This document shows, one piece after another, positions 25,597-39,303 of a stretch of DNA of 64,000 nucleotides (the first letter of the stretch is position 1; each line of letters opens with the position of its first letter). The translations under genes were made by a program, and so were the position numbers. Source of the stretch: Paraspadella gotoi (taxonomy: Eukaryota; Animalia; Chaetognatha); NCBI GenBank assembly GCA_051294375.1, contig CM119264.1, positions 156,594-220,593 of the forward strand, read 5' to 3'. The notes under the pieces are model-generated. The model was not told the DNA's origin. It worked only from the letters and a program-made list of their open reading frames with translations, and did not search any database.

Positions 25597-27178
25597 TTGT
25601 TTGTTTTTGGTGTCTATGCAGTCGTCTCTCTCTCCTGTCTCCATCTCTTTTTCTTCCTCCTCCCCTCTCTCTATCTCGCTCTCTCTCCCCCTGCTCCTTC
25701 TCTCCCTCTCACCCTCTCTCTCTCCCTCTCTCTCTCCATCTTGTTTGTTTTGGCGTCTTTCCTGTCATATGGCATAATTGAGTGGCGGTCGGATTGAGAT
25801 TTATGGGTTATGATGCGCAGGGGGAGGCGAAGGATAGAAGGGAGTAAGTCGTCAGTGTGTTGATGGTCAAGAGTTATGACCTTTCAAGGTTGTTGGTCAG
25901 AAAATATAAAGTAGTTTTGAAATCAATGCCGAGTTTAATAGCAATATATTATACGTTACTCTGGCAAGTTTTAGCCAAATAAAAAACGTTAGACCTTTCT
26001 TGGAATAATAAAATATATATTTTTTTTGAAAGATAATAAATCAAATTTAAATATCGGATTGTATTTTGAGCAATATTTTTCAAAAACGCCATATACTTAA
26101 CCTCAATAATTAACCTAATCTCTAACCTAATCCCTAACCTAATCTCTAACCTAATCCCTAACCTAATCCCTAACCGAATATCTAACCTAATCCCTAGCCT
26201 TATCCCTAACCCTAATCTCTAACCTAATCCCTAACCTAATCCATAACCTAATATTTAACCGAATCTCTAACCTAATCTCTAACCTAATCCCTAATCCTAA
26301 TCCCTAACCTAATCTCTAACCTAATCCCTAACCTAATCCCTAACCGAATATCTAACCTAATCCCTAGCCTTATCCCTAACCCTAATCTCTAACCTTAATC
26401 CATAACCTAATATTTAACCGAATCTCTAACCTAATTTCTAACCCTAATTTCTAACCTCAGAAGGTACGAGTCGCTCTAGTTAGTTTTTTACAATGATATA
26501 CAATATTAAGACTAAACATCCAAACAGCTGTTACAGACGGACCCAAACTGTTTCTTCAAAAAACGATTCTGCTCTTTTTTATGAGAGTGTCCGATTTCTG
26601 TTCGTTTATCCTAGAATTTGATTTTAAATACTTAACATAAATATGATTTAAAACTTATAAACCATTATTTAATTCTTAACCATAACCCTGAGCTATGACC
26701 TCAAATACTATTATTATTTAACTAAATCCTTAATCACTAATTTTAATAATTAATCCAATCCCTTGCTTCATCTATCATCTATCATCTACCTTAATCTTTA
26801 ATACAAACAATTAAATTAATTTCGAAATAAAGATAAAATAGGGCGTTCTGGAAAAATAAAGCCGACTTTTCCCGGGGTAAACAAGAACGTTACTTGCGCC
26901 ATCTACGAATCAGTTTCGCTCCCTTTTCGCGTTATTCAGATAAAAAAAATATGACGTTTTCGACTTTCATGTTGTTGTTGTTGTTGTCGTTGTTTATGAT
27001 GTATCTGTTTTAGTTTAACCCATTTTAAGAAATATGACATTTATGTACTATAAAAACTAACTAAAAAAACCGGTTATTTTTCCATACTCTTTTCATAAAC
27101 CTTTTTTTTGGACAGCCCTGTATTGCGTTTATTGAATATTTTATTGGTTTCGTAGAATATTTTATTTCTCCCATTTCA

Positions 27179-27217
<39 letters not shown>

Positions 27218-29265
27218 TTCTCTCTTTCTCTCTCTCTCTTTCTTTCTTTCTTTCTCTCTCTCTCTCTCTATTTTTTTCCAGATGCTTTTGTTGTAGTCGA
27301 ATTCACTGGATAATTTTTCAACAGAAATTTAGAATTTGTTATTCGTTTTTTTAAGTTATAAAGTTTATTCTTTTAATAATTACTTTCCGCTCTACAATGT
27401 GCCATGTCAGATAGAGAGCTTTAGTGAAACGTCTAACGTCTTAAGCTTGCGTTGATAAAGTCAGTCCCCGCTGCACATTTGATAAAACAGGCAGCCAATG
27501 GGCAAGTGGTTAAGAGAATTAATTAATTAATTAATTAATTAATTAATTAATTAATTAAAATTCACATGAAAATTTTACTGGAAAATAAAGATGACGAAGA
27601 ATTTAAATATTTAATGCTTAATGCACCTTCATGATTTATTTATTTAATGTTCGGAAGAATATAGCTTTATTTTTGTGATAAATTTTTCGCGGAATATTTC
27701 GGTAATTTTAAAAGCGCAAAAACTTGCTATGTACAATATGTGTAAAAAGCGCTAAATTGGTTATACGCAACTTGTTTAAGCCCCTCACGCTTCCCACAGG
27801 GTAGTTACCATTGGAGATCGATCCTGATACCTGATGGTCATGAGCTGATGGCATTAATCAATGAGCCAATGGATCACGACTGAAGATATCATGATTATAG
27901 GCATTGTGAACTTATAGCAATGCCCGACTACAAATATAAGGGTTAGGGTTATGGATTGATTATCAGAATTTCGTTGAGTATTAATGTTAGGGATTAACGT
28001 CAGAGATTAATTAGGCTAAAAGATTAATTTTGAGGCTTTGCTTAATAGATTTGCTTAATAGATTTGGTTATGAATTAGGGCTAATTAAAGATAAGCGATG
28101 TTACTCTTTCATGAAATAATTCTCCCATTGCTCCACTAGATCAAACAATCCACTCCATGATCACTCCACTAACCCCCTTATAACTCCTTCAACCCTCTCT
28201 TTTGATCAAGTGGAACGTAAACTAAAAAAATAAAAAAACCTCAGGTTGTTTATGTTTCTCATAAAAAACCTCGAGTTTTTGTTATCAAAACCGCGAAGTA
28301 AAAAAAAGGAGTTTTTACGATGGCACCATAATTCTTTGCACCATAGAATAAAGAAAAAAAGAAACTTTTTTTCTTTTTCTGAGAAATAAAAAGAACAAGG
28401 TAGGTTTATTATATGATGTTGCAGCCTAATGACCTTTATTTATTTTGTATACGCATTACGACATAAAATTATTTATTCATTTAATAAATAAGCTATATTG
28501 TCCCTGTTCCTGTTTATCATCATAGTCCTTTTTTTTTTCGAAAAACCAACAAATATTAACCAAAATGAATTGATATCTCATAAAATTTATCACATTAAAT
28601 TTTTGGTCATTTAATTATATTTTAGTTGATCATGTGACTGGATCATTATGAAAAGGATGTGTATTAAATATCTCACTATACTCAACCTTTTTTCTAAAAT
28701 TTTATTTAAAATGATTAATTATTATCTAAATTATAAAGATTTAAAACGTTTAATTAAGGCAGACAAAAGACAAATTGAGGGACCGACCGACCAAAAAACT
28801 CTGCGAGAGAGATGCTTCGCGGCGCAAGTGAAAAGAAATTCCCGGCGGTGAAATGACGCTGAGGTTCGTAAAAGTCAACTTGTGAAGGTGAATAGAGAGG
28901 AAATATATCGGCAAAGACCGGAATTAATAGCGACCGAGAAAAGTAGCGACCGGAATAAAAATAAATGGAAAGATAGTAGTTCGTTCCTCAGACAAACAAT
29001 ATAAATCAAAATGACGACCCGCACTGTCATTGTGCTGCTAATAAGGACACGCATGGTCAAACTGCTGCTAATAAGAACCCACACTGTCAAACTGCTGCTA
29101 AATAAAAACCCGCTCTGTCAAACTGCGCTAAAGAGGACCCGTACTGTCAATTGAAATTATTAATATAAATATCAATACTTGGAAGATGTTGAAGCACAAA
29201 ATATAAATACTGAAATCAAAGCGGGAAAGGGGGTCATGTTTTGGAGAACCAGACCATGAGGCCAT

Positions 29266-29345
<80 letters not shown>

Positions 29346-29679
29346 TATCACTTAAAGACAAATAAGTCAGTCTTAATTTGGGATTCACGATTCAATTTGG
29401 GTAGTTGAGCCATTTACAGCTCAATACTAGCTCAATGTAAATTAATGTAAATTAATGTAAATTATGTAGATTAACTAATAGATCTGCGCCAATGTAAAAA
29501 CATTTAAGACTGAAAGAGTCAAAGAGAGATAGTATATCTCTTGGTCTTTCTTGACTATTTTCTCAGTTTCTTCCTCACCAATGTTTCCTTACCTTTTTAT
29601 GTTTTCTCGCCCTCATAATTTTTCCCCTTCAGCGAAAAAGTAATTTTTGCGAAAAAAAATATTGCCGTAACTTCTATCC

Positions 29680-30045
29680 TCATTGCTTTTTCGGTCCCAA
29701 TTGCTTTTCTGTCTTCATTGCTTTTTCTTCCCTCATTGCTTTTCTGACTTCATTGCTTTTTCTTCCCTCATTGCTTTTCTGTCTTCATTGCTTTTTCTGC
29801 CCTCATTGCTTTTCTGTCTTCATCGCTTTTTCTGTCCCAATTGCTTTTCTGTCTTCATTGTTTTTTCTGCCTTCATTGCTTTTCTGACTTCATTGCTTTT
29901 TCTTCTCTCATTGCTTTTCTGTCTTCATTGCTTGTTCTGCCCTCATTGCTTTTCTGTCTTCATTACTTTTTCTGCCTTCATTGTTTTTCTGTTCTAATTG
30001 CTTTATTCTCCTCATTGCTGTTCTTCTGTTCTATTGTTTTTCTTC
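29680..30045. repeat. 17-18-bp minisatellite cattgcttttctgtctt (noisy copy at 19550-19840)
   Basis: About 20 tandem units. Confidence 0.85.
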
Positions 30046-30315
30046 TTGTGGACATTGAATTGGCTTCCATGTGCTATCAATTCTTTCGCCCCAAATCTTC
30101 TGTCAACATAGTCATTACTTCTAACGTCGTCGCCGTAAGTTACGTCGTCAACCGCTATTGCTTCCCCTCGAAAATTGCCATTGCTTCTGCCGTCCTAAGC
30201 CATTGAGGAATTTTACTCCTCGTCGACGTCGGTTATTTTTTCTTTTTTTTTTGCAAGCCTCACCTTCGCCATCCGTTACTCACTCTCTCTCCCGCCAATC
30301 CATTTCCAGGAATTT

Positions 30316-30381
<66 letters not shown>

Positions 30382-30866
30382 TCCCTCCCCTTTTCCCTCC
30401 TACTTTTCCCCCCGGTTATGAACCATATAAACCCGGCCGGCTCATTGTTCTCCCGCTCCCCGCAAGCCGCGGCCATTGTCTCCTCGGCACTATTTTCTGA
30501 TTGTACCCCATTTCTGTTTGTTCATCCCACAATTTAATTTTAATCTTAATATTTATCATAATTATATTCTCAAACTTTTAAACTAATGCCTAACCCTAAT
30601 CCGTAACCCTAATCCCAAACCCTAATCCCTAATCCCTAATCTTAAACCCTAAACTTAAACCCTTATAACTATTTTTTAAATATAACCATTAACCTTAAAC
30701 CCTAACGCTAATCACAAACCACGTCCATAATTCTTAATCCCAAACCCTAACCTCTAACTTAATCTTTAACTTGAAAAAAAAACTAACCTAATTCCGAATT
30801 TAAAATAAAAAGGGGCGTTCATGGAAAATATGGCCGTCTCCCCCCCCCTTACGACACAAACCTCAC

Positions 30867-31077
30867 CTCTGGCCTGAACCATTGGGTTCCCCGTGACCGT
30901 GCAAGTGATGTTTTGATGTTTGGCCTCACAGTCCATAAAATTTAAGCGGGGACATTTCACGCGGGGCTTGTATTTGACGGAGAGAGGTCCGTAAAAGCAG
31001 GTCGGGTAAGGGATGGAGTAATTCCAGTAGTCGAGGTAAGTTAATTGACATTTGACTATTTCGCCGTCGTCGTTGCG
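30867..31077 (-). CDS. IgSF exon, Ig2 end + Ig3 start (RNDDGEIVKC...GPLSVKYKP...NITCTVTGNPMVQAR)
   Basis: 211 nt open frame, phase 0/1; acceptor cttctctcctcag, donor G|gtgagg. Confidence 0.9.
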
Positions 31078-31744
31078 CTGAGGAGAGAAGGATATCTGGA
31101 GAGAGGAGAGAGGGAGGGAGCGAGGGAGAGGGAGGGAGGGAGAGGAGAGGGAGAGAGAGAGGGAGGGAGAGAGGGAAGGGGAAGGAGGGGGAGGTAGGGA
31201 GAGAGAGAGAGAGGGAGAGAGGTAGTGAGAGGGGATGAAATAATTGATTCATTTGATTCATTGATTGATTAATTGAAGGATATGGATAGATTTGGATGAA
31301 TTTAAATGATTAGCTTGACTTATTTGATTTATCTGATTAGATTTGACATTGATTGATTGGTTGATTTCATTGAGTTAATCGATCAAGATTCCAATCAAAT
31401 CAGCAAATCAAAAAAAAATCGTCAGTTTTCCTCTTTCGTCGCCAATTTCGTTTTACCTTCGAATTAGATTACATCTGGCGATATTAAATTGCACTCTATC
31501 TCTCTCTCTCTCTCTCTCTCTTTCTCTTTCTCTCTCTCCCACCTTCTGCTCTGAAAATTCGATGACTGCCGTCGGCCGAATCTAAAACGGAACCAATTAG
31601 GTTAAATGCCTAAAATCGTCTCCAGTTTGACTGTTGACAGTGTTGTTAGTTTTAAAAATATTGTCAGTTTTGTCAGTTTTTGAAAAGTATTGACAGTTTT
31701 GTCAATTTATTCTAGTAATTTGGTACATTTTGAGTAATGCCGTG

Positions 31745-31791
31745 ATAATGGTAATAATAATAATAATTGTAATTTTAGTAATAATAGCATT

Positions 31792-31833
<42 letters not shown>

Positions 31834-31838
31834 GCATT

Positions 31839-31903
<65 letters not shown>

Positions 31904-32015
31904 AATACTAATAATAATAATAATAATAATAATAGTTTTGTACTAATAATACTAGTAATAATAATAATAATAAAATAATAATAATAATAATAATAATAAT
32001 GATAAAATAATAATA
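31745..32015. repeat. (AAT)n microsatellite
   Basis: Directly visible. Confidence 0.95.
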
Positions 32016-33426
32016 GTATCATCACAGGAAACGGATTGATCGTGTAGCTTGTCTCGCTTGTCTCGTTTGGCTTTTCTGCCTTTTCTTCTGTCTCGACCAA
32101 TCAGAGAGGTGGCTTTTCTCTCGACCAATCAGAGAGGAGGCTTCTCTCTCGACCAATCAGAGAGGTGGCTTCCCTCACGGAATCGACGGAAGAGAGATGA
32201 GAGAAGAAACGAGGCAGTCTTCAACTTACCCTCAAGAAACTAACATCATAATTCCCAAGTTCATGAACTATTTACTTTGTATTTTGATCCATCGTTTTAA
32301 TCATCATAATCTCCCTCAATTATTACTATCTCCGCGTTTATTTGTGTAAAATAAAACTACTATAAATTATCCATAATAAACCACGCCTACTTCCTTCATT
32401 GGTATTATTAATTATAAGAATAATAATAATTAGGAATTAGGGTAATTCCAATAATTTTAATCTGGTACTTATGCTTTTCTGTTTATGACCCGTCTTAAAA
32501 AATAATTTCGCCAAGTTTCTGTGTTTAAAAAAAATTGCCAATGGCCTAGTGTAAATGTTAGGATAGCATAATGATAATATTTACACTTTATTTTCATTGG
32601 TATACTTAATACTTATCCAATTGACAGTGTCCGCTATTGATCCCTAATTGTTGAATTTTATGGAATTATCATTTTATTTTTAGTGCCATTAGTGCTATTA
32701 GTCTTGCTCAATGCTCATTTATAGTTTGAATGTCAAATTGTTTCTTTCATCGTTTTATCGTTTTCTTTTTATCGTTTGAACTGTCAAATGGTTTCTTTTA
32801 TTTCAGAAAAAAAAAAGAAAAGTATTGACAGTTTTGTCAGTTTTTAAAAAATATTGACAGTTTTGTCAGTTTTAAAAGTGTTGTCAGTTTTTTAGACTTT
32901 AAGATATCTTCATAAAATGATCAATTTGTTATTCCTGACTACATTTTCCGTTTCCAAATATTAAAAGTTTTATTTGCCTAACCTTTGCCTGAATGCAGAC
33001 ATACTGTATCAGCCAGTATCAGACAGTATCGGGAAGACTTGCTTCGCCTTTCCTACTATATCAAATCATTTTTTTTTAACCATTTTTTTTCTAAAAGTAT
33101 AAAAAAAAGATTTCCAAACTCCGATCGGCGCCAACCACAAAAATAAGGCGTGTCTAGATTTTTCCATTTTTTCTCCACCCTCTCTTTCTCTCTCTCTCTC
33201 TCTGCTCTCTCGTCTCTCTCTCTCTCTCTCTTCATTTTTTTATCTCTCTCCCTTTCTGTCTCTTCCTCTCTCTACCTCACTATCTCTCTCCCTCTATCTG
33301 GCCAATTTAACATACATAATCCCCCTTTCTCCCTTCCCTCCCTCTAGTGGGATAAAATCCTTTTCCAACAAAAGGGAAACGTAGAATAAATCAAGAGAAG
33401 AAGAAGGTAAAAATGAAGGATTCTTA

Positions 33427-33466
33427 TTCTGCTTGAAATGAGACTTTATTACTTCTTTTTGTGGAA
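33427..33466 (-). CDS. Candidate small Ig2 exon (..KRSNKVSFQAE)
   Basis: Strong acceptor (ctctccctccag) and the peptide fits before RNDDG. As read it is 40 nt and lacks GT (GAA|taaga), so it needs two single-base corrections. Confidence 0.4.
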
Positions 33467-33497
33467 CTGGAGGGAGAGAAAGAGAGGGGAGAGAGAG

Positions 33498-33558
<61 letters not shown>

Positions 33559-34844
33559 GGGGTCAAGAATGGCTGACGGGATATTTGAATTTCGTGCGGG
33601 AAAAAGAGAGAGAGAGTAAGAGAGAGAGAGAGAGAGAATGCTTTAGCTTTTTTTTTATGTATTGACATGGAAATATTGGCCATATATATTTTTGCTTTTT
33701 TTTAGTCTTTTTTTTTTTGGAACATTCCAACTTCACGGATTTCAAATCGGAGTGAAAGGAAAAGATATGTTATTTCTTTTAACTGACTCCAATATGATTG
33801 ATATTTGATCATTTCATTAGTTAGAAAATTCTCTGACGTTTATGTTTTTATATAACAAATTAAGAATACTTTACATCATAAACAACTGGTGCTCTTGCCT
33901 TCCCAGGTTCCAGCAGCTTTTTTTGAAGAACTTTTCCCCTCTTATTTGATAATTCAATTTTAAACTCATTGTGAAAAAATGTGTGAAAATATTATAATTT
34001 ATTATATTCATTAGTTAGTATAATGTCTTGGGAGCATGAAAAAAAATATTAGTGAGGAAAGAGGCGCTTGCCAGATCAATGTTCTTTTCCAATTATTTTT
34101 TCAAAGCGAAAATCTTTGTTTTCTATAAGTTTTAACTAGAAAGGGCTGTCAATATGGCTGTGAAAAAGTTTTTGACATCCTGATTGCTCAGACACATACG
34201 TTAATGTCTATATTTTTTTTAATTTTTAAACATTTCATTTTCGTTCGTGAAAATATATGTTATAACAGGAAGCTCCTATTTAAATGAAAACAAATTTGCT
34301 TTTTTAAAATTCGACCATGCCATTCATGAGCACACAACTGAGAAAGTAAGCAATAAAAACCGTCAGCGATTTTTTTACGAGGGTACAAAATCTGAAGTTG
34401 CTCTAACAAATACTTTTGCCACAATATTTGATCCTTTCATTTCACTCCCATTTCAAATCCTTGTAATAACATATTTTTGTATCGTAATTTTTTTTAATAA
34501 CAAAAACGATATTAACAAAACAAAATACAAAACACAATAACAGCGTCACTAGACTGGAACACGGTAAACATGTAAACTGATAACAAAAAATATAACAAAA
34601 GACACTTAGAGCTCATCGAACAATTACGTTGTTCTAGATGAAGCAGGAATTTCGCTCAATTTCCGCTCTTTTCTGCCAGATTTGCATAAATATTATCATC
34701 ATTTCTTTTCCTCACTGATAAATCACATCTAAAATTTATTGATTTTAGTCGAAAAATACCCTTTTTTTCTCAACGAATAAAACCACGATACGAAAACATG
34801 ACAATATGCAAATGAGATTAAAGAAATAAAATTTTCTCACAAAC

Positions 34845-35036
34845 CTGATTAAAAGTAAAGTTTCCATAGTGATGCGTCTTCCCCAAAATCTTTTTATTTC
34901 TGAAGACCCAACTGAGTTCGGGTTTGGGTCCTCCCAAAGTGGTGACTCCACAAGTGAAGGTCACATTTGAGCCTTCGACGATCCGCTCGGGATGTTCAGT
35001 GTTGCAGAAGGGAAGGCCGGTCACGATTAATTTGGC
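34845..35036 (-). CDS. IgSF exon, Ig1 end + Ig2 N-half (AKLIVTGLPFC...EGSNVTFTCGVTTLGGPKPELSW...NQ)
   Basis: 192 nt, phase 0/0; acceptor ctcttccatctcaag, donor CAG|gtttgt; Ig C and W residues present. Confidence 0.9.
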
Positions 35037-35053
35037 CTTGAGATGGAAGAGGA

Positions 35054-35124
<71 letters not shown>

Positions 35125-35330
35125 ATTTTATTTATACATTCATTCATTTATTCATTTTTTTATGAATTTATTTTTTTTTTATATTTATAATATTTTTATT
35201 AATTCATTTATTTATATATTTATTTATTTTTATTTTATTTATACATTCTTTCATTTATTCATTCATTCTTTCATTCATTATCCTCTCTTAATCTTTTCTT
35301 TATTCTCTTTTCCTTTCTCTAATCTCTCTT

Positions 35331-35369
<39 letters not shown>

Positions 35370-35390
35370 GTCTTTTTTTTATTTTTTTAC

Positions 35391-35454
35391 CTTAATTATG
35401 TTGGAACATTTGTACTCCCCGGCATCGACAAATTGGATGTTGTTTATGATGAGT
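35391..35454 (-). CDS. IgSF exon, Ig1 E-F strands (LIINNIQFVDAGEYKCSNIIK)
   Basis: Canonical L-x-I..D-x-G-x-Y-x-C motif; acceptor cccacag, donor AAG|gtaaaa; 64 nt, phase 2/0. Confidence 0.9.
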
Positions 35455-37031
35455 CTGTGGGCGTGAAAGGAAGAGAGAGAGAGGGAGAGAGAGAGGAGGT
35501 AAGCATTAGTAAATGGAGCCCTTTTTTTTAAATTCATCCATTTTTCTTTCTTTCCCTTTTTTTTTTTTTTTCTTTTTTTTTTGTTATTTCCCTTTTCTTC
35601 CCTTCCTTTTTCAACACAGAGAGAAATAAAAATCCGGAATTTGAAAACATAAAATCTGAAAGAATCTCGCGAGGAGGGAGTCAGAGAGGGAGGAGGGAGA
35701 CGAAGAGGAGATAAGAAGCGTGTGACAGAGAGTGGGATGAGAAAAAAAGAGGTATATGGATAGGGAGACAGAGAGAAAGAGAGAGACAGTAAAATCGCAG
35801 CATAAAAACGTGAAAGTATCCGGGCTTAGTAATCCACTTTGACTGAACTGAGGTGGCGCTACAATCTCATTTGAGTCTACGAGAAAGAGAAGAGGGGTTA
35901 CATCTCTTTTCAGCCCCCTCTCTCACCTTCCCCTCTCTTCCTACCTTTTTCTCTCCCCTACCCCTCTTCTTCCTGCTCTCCAGCTTCACCTCCCCCCTCC
36001 CCTCTCTCCTTCCTTCTCCCTCTTTCCATCTTTCTCTTTTTCTTGTTTTCTTCCCTCTCTCCCCCCTTCCTCTTCCTCCTTCTCTCTCTTCCCCTGTCCT
36101 CTCTCCCTCCCTCTCTTCTCCCTCTCTCCCTCCCTTCCCCTTCCTGTGTCTCTTCTCTCTCCTTCTCTCTCGGCCATCTCTCGTCTCCTTCCCCTTCCTC
36201 TCGTTTCTCCCTCTCATTTTCTCTCTCGTCTATAACGCTCTGCTCTCTCCCCTTCCCCTTCTCCTATTCTCTGCCTTTCTCTCTCCTCTCCCTTCCCCTT
36301 ACTATCTCTCTCCCTCTCTCTTCCCCTTCTTCCTCTCTCTTCCTTCTCCCTCTCTCTCTCCCTCTCGCCTTCCCTTCCTCCTCTCTCTCTCTCTGGCTCC
36401 TTTCCCCTTCCCCTTCCTCTCTCTCCTCCTCTCCCTCTCGCTCTCCCTCCTCCTTTCCCCTTTCTCTCTTTCCCTCTCTCTCTCTCTCTCTCTCCCTCTC
36501 TCCCCTCTCTCTCTCCCTCTCTTTGGCTAGTTTTCTCGAACCCATTTTCATTTCGGTACTTTAATTGAGGTTTTTGCTCTAATAAGAAATTCAGGACAGA
36601 ATTCTCTCTCCCGGATGTAAGCAACGACTTCCCTTTATTTCAATCCCCCTCTGCCCCCTGACCCCTCAGGAATGAGTTCACCCTTCCTTCCTCCTCTCCT
36701 CCTCCTCCTCGCTCATCACAGCTGAAAGTCGTTCCGTTCACACGAGAATCGAGGCATCTCATTCTGGCGGACCGAATTCGTTCTCTCTTGAAAATGGTTG
36801 AGGATTGTGAGGAGACTCCTCACAGATTGTGAAGAGAGAGAAGGAGGGATGAGAGAGAGAGAGAGAGAGAGAGAAGAGAGAGAGAATCAATACTTATATT
36901 AATTTTGAAATTAATTAATCAATCATTATACCTATTCGGGCATCTGTATATTTATAGCATTCTCTTTAATCACTAGTTTAATGCCTGCGAATTGCTGCCG
37001 GAATTAATAGCTTTCATTAAAAACCTTGTAT

Positions 37032-37269
37032 TGTGGACGCAACAAGTTTCAGAGTAAGAATGCATTTATTCTCAACAACGTTATAAACAATAACAGTCAA
37101 AATGCCTCAATGCTAAGTCTATTAAATGGTATTTACAAGGTCAACGTTTGACCATAAAGGTCAACCGTTTTGACCATAAATAAGTTGGGGGAAATGGAGC
37201 CGAGGGTAAGGTTGGTAAGGTCAATTGTGGTTTGACCAGGTTGCTGTGTTATCTAGATGTTCGTCCACA
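37032..37269 (-). repeat. 238-bp 3' LTR of the Gypsy element
   Basis: Perfect terminal inverted repeats TGTGGACG...CGTCCACA; AATAAA on the minus strand at 37065-37070. Confidence 0.85.
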
Positions 37270-37982
37270 CATCCCCCACCAAGCCTTTGACCGGGTGGGG
37301 AGAAGGCTTGAAAAGGTTATGGAATTTTGCGTCGTCGTTTCGTCGTCGTCTTCCGGCGGCTGAAGCATCTTCGGAAGCCACGTGATAAGACCCGGGATTG
37401 ATGAAGATTGTCGACGAGCAACCTTGCGGCAAATCGTGGCAACGCGTAGTGGCGGCCCGCTTCCGTTTCTGGAGGCGGGGCATAGATGGCAGCTGCTGAG
37501 ACGCGCGGGCGACCATGTGGTCGCGCCTGCGGCTGGATCAGGAGTGTAACTTCCGTTTCCGAGGACGGAGCTGCTGAAGCCGCGTGGGCGGACCACGTGG
37601 TTCGCGCCGCTCGGTGGTTCAGGTGGTGCGAGACGTTCGTCCGGTGACCGGGCAAGGTTTCAGTCGATCAACGGAGATCACCTTTCGGACGGCCGCCGGC
37701 CCGGATATTTCGATTTTTGAAAGTTTTGGGACCACGTTCGGAGGACGTTGTAGGGCCGTCGTAAGGTGGTTGGAGAGGCGTCGAATGTCCGTCGCGGTCT
37801 GACGTAGACCCCGGTCGGCGTCAGCGAGCATTTCCGGCACATGAAGAGGGCGGGCGCCGCATGGCCAAGCCGGCGGGGCAGAGGCTGCATGAGAGCAACA
37901 TCTGCACGAGATTGTCGAGGAATTCGCGCGCGCGGCGGCGGCGTCGACGTCGGTTGTTGGGACCGAAGTAGCTCTCCAGGGT
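37032..37982 (-). mobile_element. Ty3/Gypsy LTR retrotransposon 3' end (integrase C-terminus, PPT, 3' LTR), truncated by a gap
   Basis: Frameshifted peptide PGEL...LHVPEMLADAD.VYVR..DGHSTPLQPPYDGPYNVL.RGPKTFK...VISVDRLKP carries the GPY/F motif; PPT ggtgggggatg at 37270-37280 directly abuts the LTR. Confidence 0.9.
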
Positions 37983-39252
37983 NNNNNNNNNNNNNNNNNN
38001 NNNNNNNCCATTTTTCCCTTTTTTTTTCTTTTTTTGTTATTTCCCTTTTCTTCCTTCCTTTTTCACACAGAGAGAAATAAAAATCCCGGAATTGAAAACA
38101 TAAATCTTGAAAGAATCCGCGAGAGGGAGTCAGAGAGGGAGAGGGAGACGAAGAGGGAGATAGAGACGGACAGAGAGGGAGAGAGAAAAAAAGAGGGAGA
38201 GGGATAGGGAGACAGAGAGAAAGAGAGAGACAGTAAAATCGCAGCATAAAAACGTGAAAGTATCCGGCTTAGTATCCACTGACTGAACTGAGGTGGCGCT
38301 ACAACTCATTTGAGTCTCACGAGAAAGAGAAGAGGGGTTACATCTCTTTTTCAGCCCCCTCTCTCACCTTCCCCTCTCTTCCTACCTTTTTTCTCTCCCT
38401 ACCCCTCTATCTTCCTCTCTCCACTTCACCTCCCCCCTCCCCTCTCTCCTTCCTTCTCCCTCTTTCCATCTTTCTCTTTTTCTTGTTTTCTTCCCTCTCT
38501 CCCGCCCTTCCTCTTCCTCCTTCTCTCTCTTCCCCTTCCTCTCTCCCTCCCTCTCTTCTCCCTCTTCCCTCCCTTCCCCTTCCTGTGTCTCTTCCTCTCC
38601 TTCTCTCTCGCCTCTCTCGTCCCTTCCCCTTCCTCTCTTCTCCCTCTCATTTTCTCTCTCGTCTACCTCTCTCTCTCCCCTTCCCCTTCTCCTATCTCTG
38701 CCTTTCTCTCTCCCTCTCCCTTCCCTTACTATCTCTCTCCTCTCTCTTCCCTTCTTCTCTCTCTTCCTTCTCCTTCTCTCTCCCTCTCCCTTCCCTTCCT
38801 CCTCTCTCTCTCTCTGCCCTTTCCCCTTCCCCTTCCTCTCTCTCTCCTCTCCCTCTCGCTCTCCCTCTCCTTTCCCCTTTCTCTCTTTCCCTCTCTCTCT
38901 CTCTCTCTCTCCCTCTCTCCCCTCTCTCTCTCCTCTCTTTGGCTAGTTTCCTCGAACCCAATTTTCATTTCGACTTTAATTAGGTTTTTGCTCTAATAAG
39001 AAATTCAGGACAGAATTCTCTCTCCCCGGATGTAAGCAACACATCCCTTTATTCCAACTCCCCCTCTGCCCCCTGACCCCCTCAGAATGAGTTCACCCTC
39101 CTCCTCCTCCTCCTCCTCCTCCTCCTCCTCATCACAGGTGAAAGTCGTCGTTCACAGAATCGAGGCATCTCATTCTGGCGGACGAATTCGTTTCTCTCTT
39201 GAAAATGTGAAGATTGTGAGAGACTCCTTCACAGATTGTGAAGAGAGAGAGA

Positions 39253-39303
<51 letters not shown>

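Noticed and set aside
29680-30210. AMKTEK-like repeat protein on the minus strand
   Set aside because: Units vary between 17 and 18 bp and all frames contain stops; treated as a minisatellite.
30405-30496. Possible Ig3 exon (..EPAGFIWFITGGK)
   Set aside because: The acceptor lacks a pyrimidine tract; exon 25414-25495 supplies the Trp at proper spacing and phase.
34269-34345. Plus-strand exon-like segment ag|GAAGCTCC...GAGAAA|gtaagc
   Set aside because: No partner exons or recognisable domain found.
35790-36830. Two further candidate Ig1 exons (MSCSATS.., ..LLTSGRENSVL..)
   Set aside because: Frames and splice sites differ between the duplicate copies; exons 51634 and 40309 already complete Ig1.
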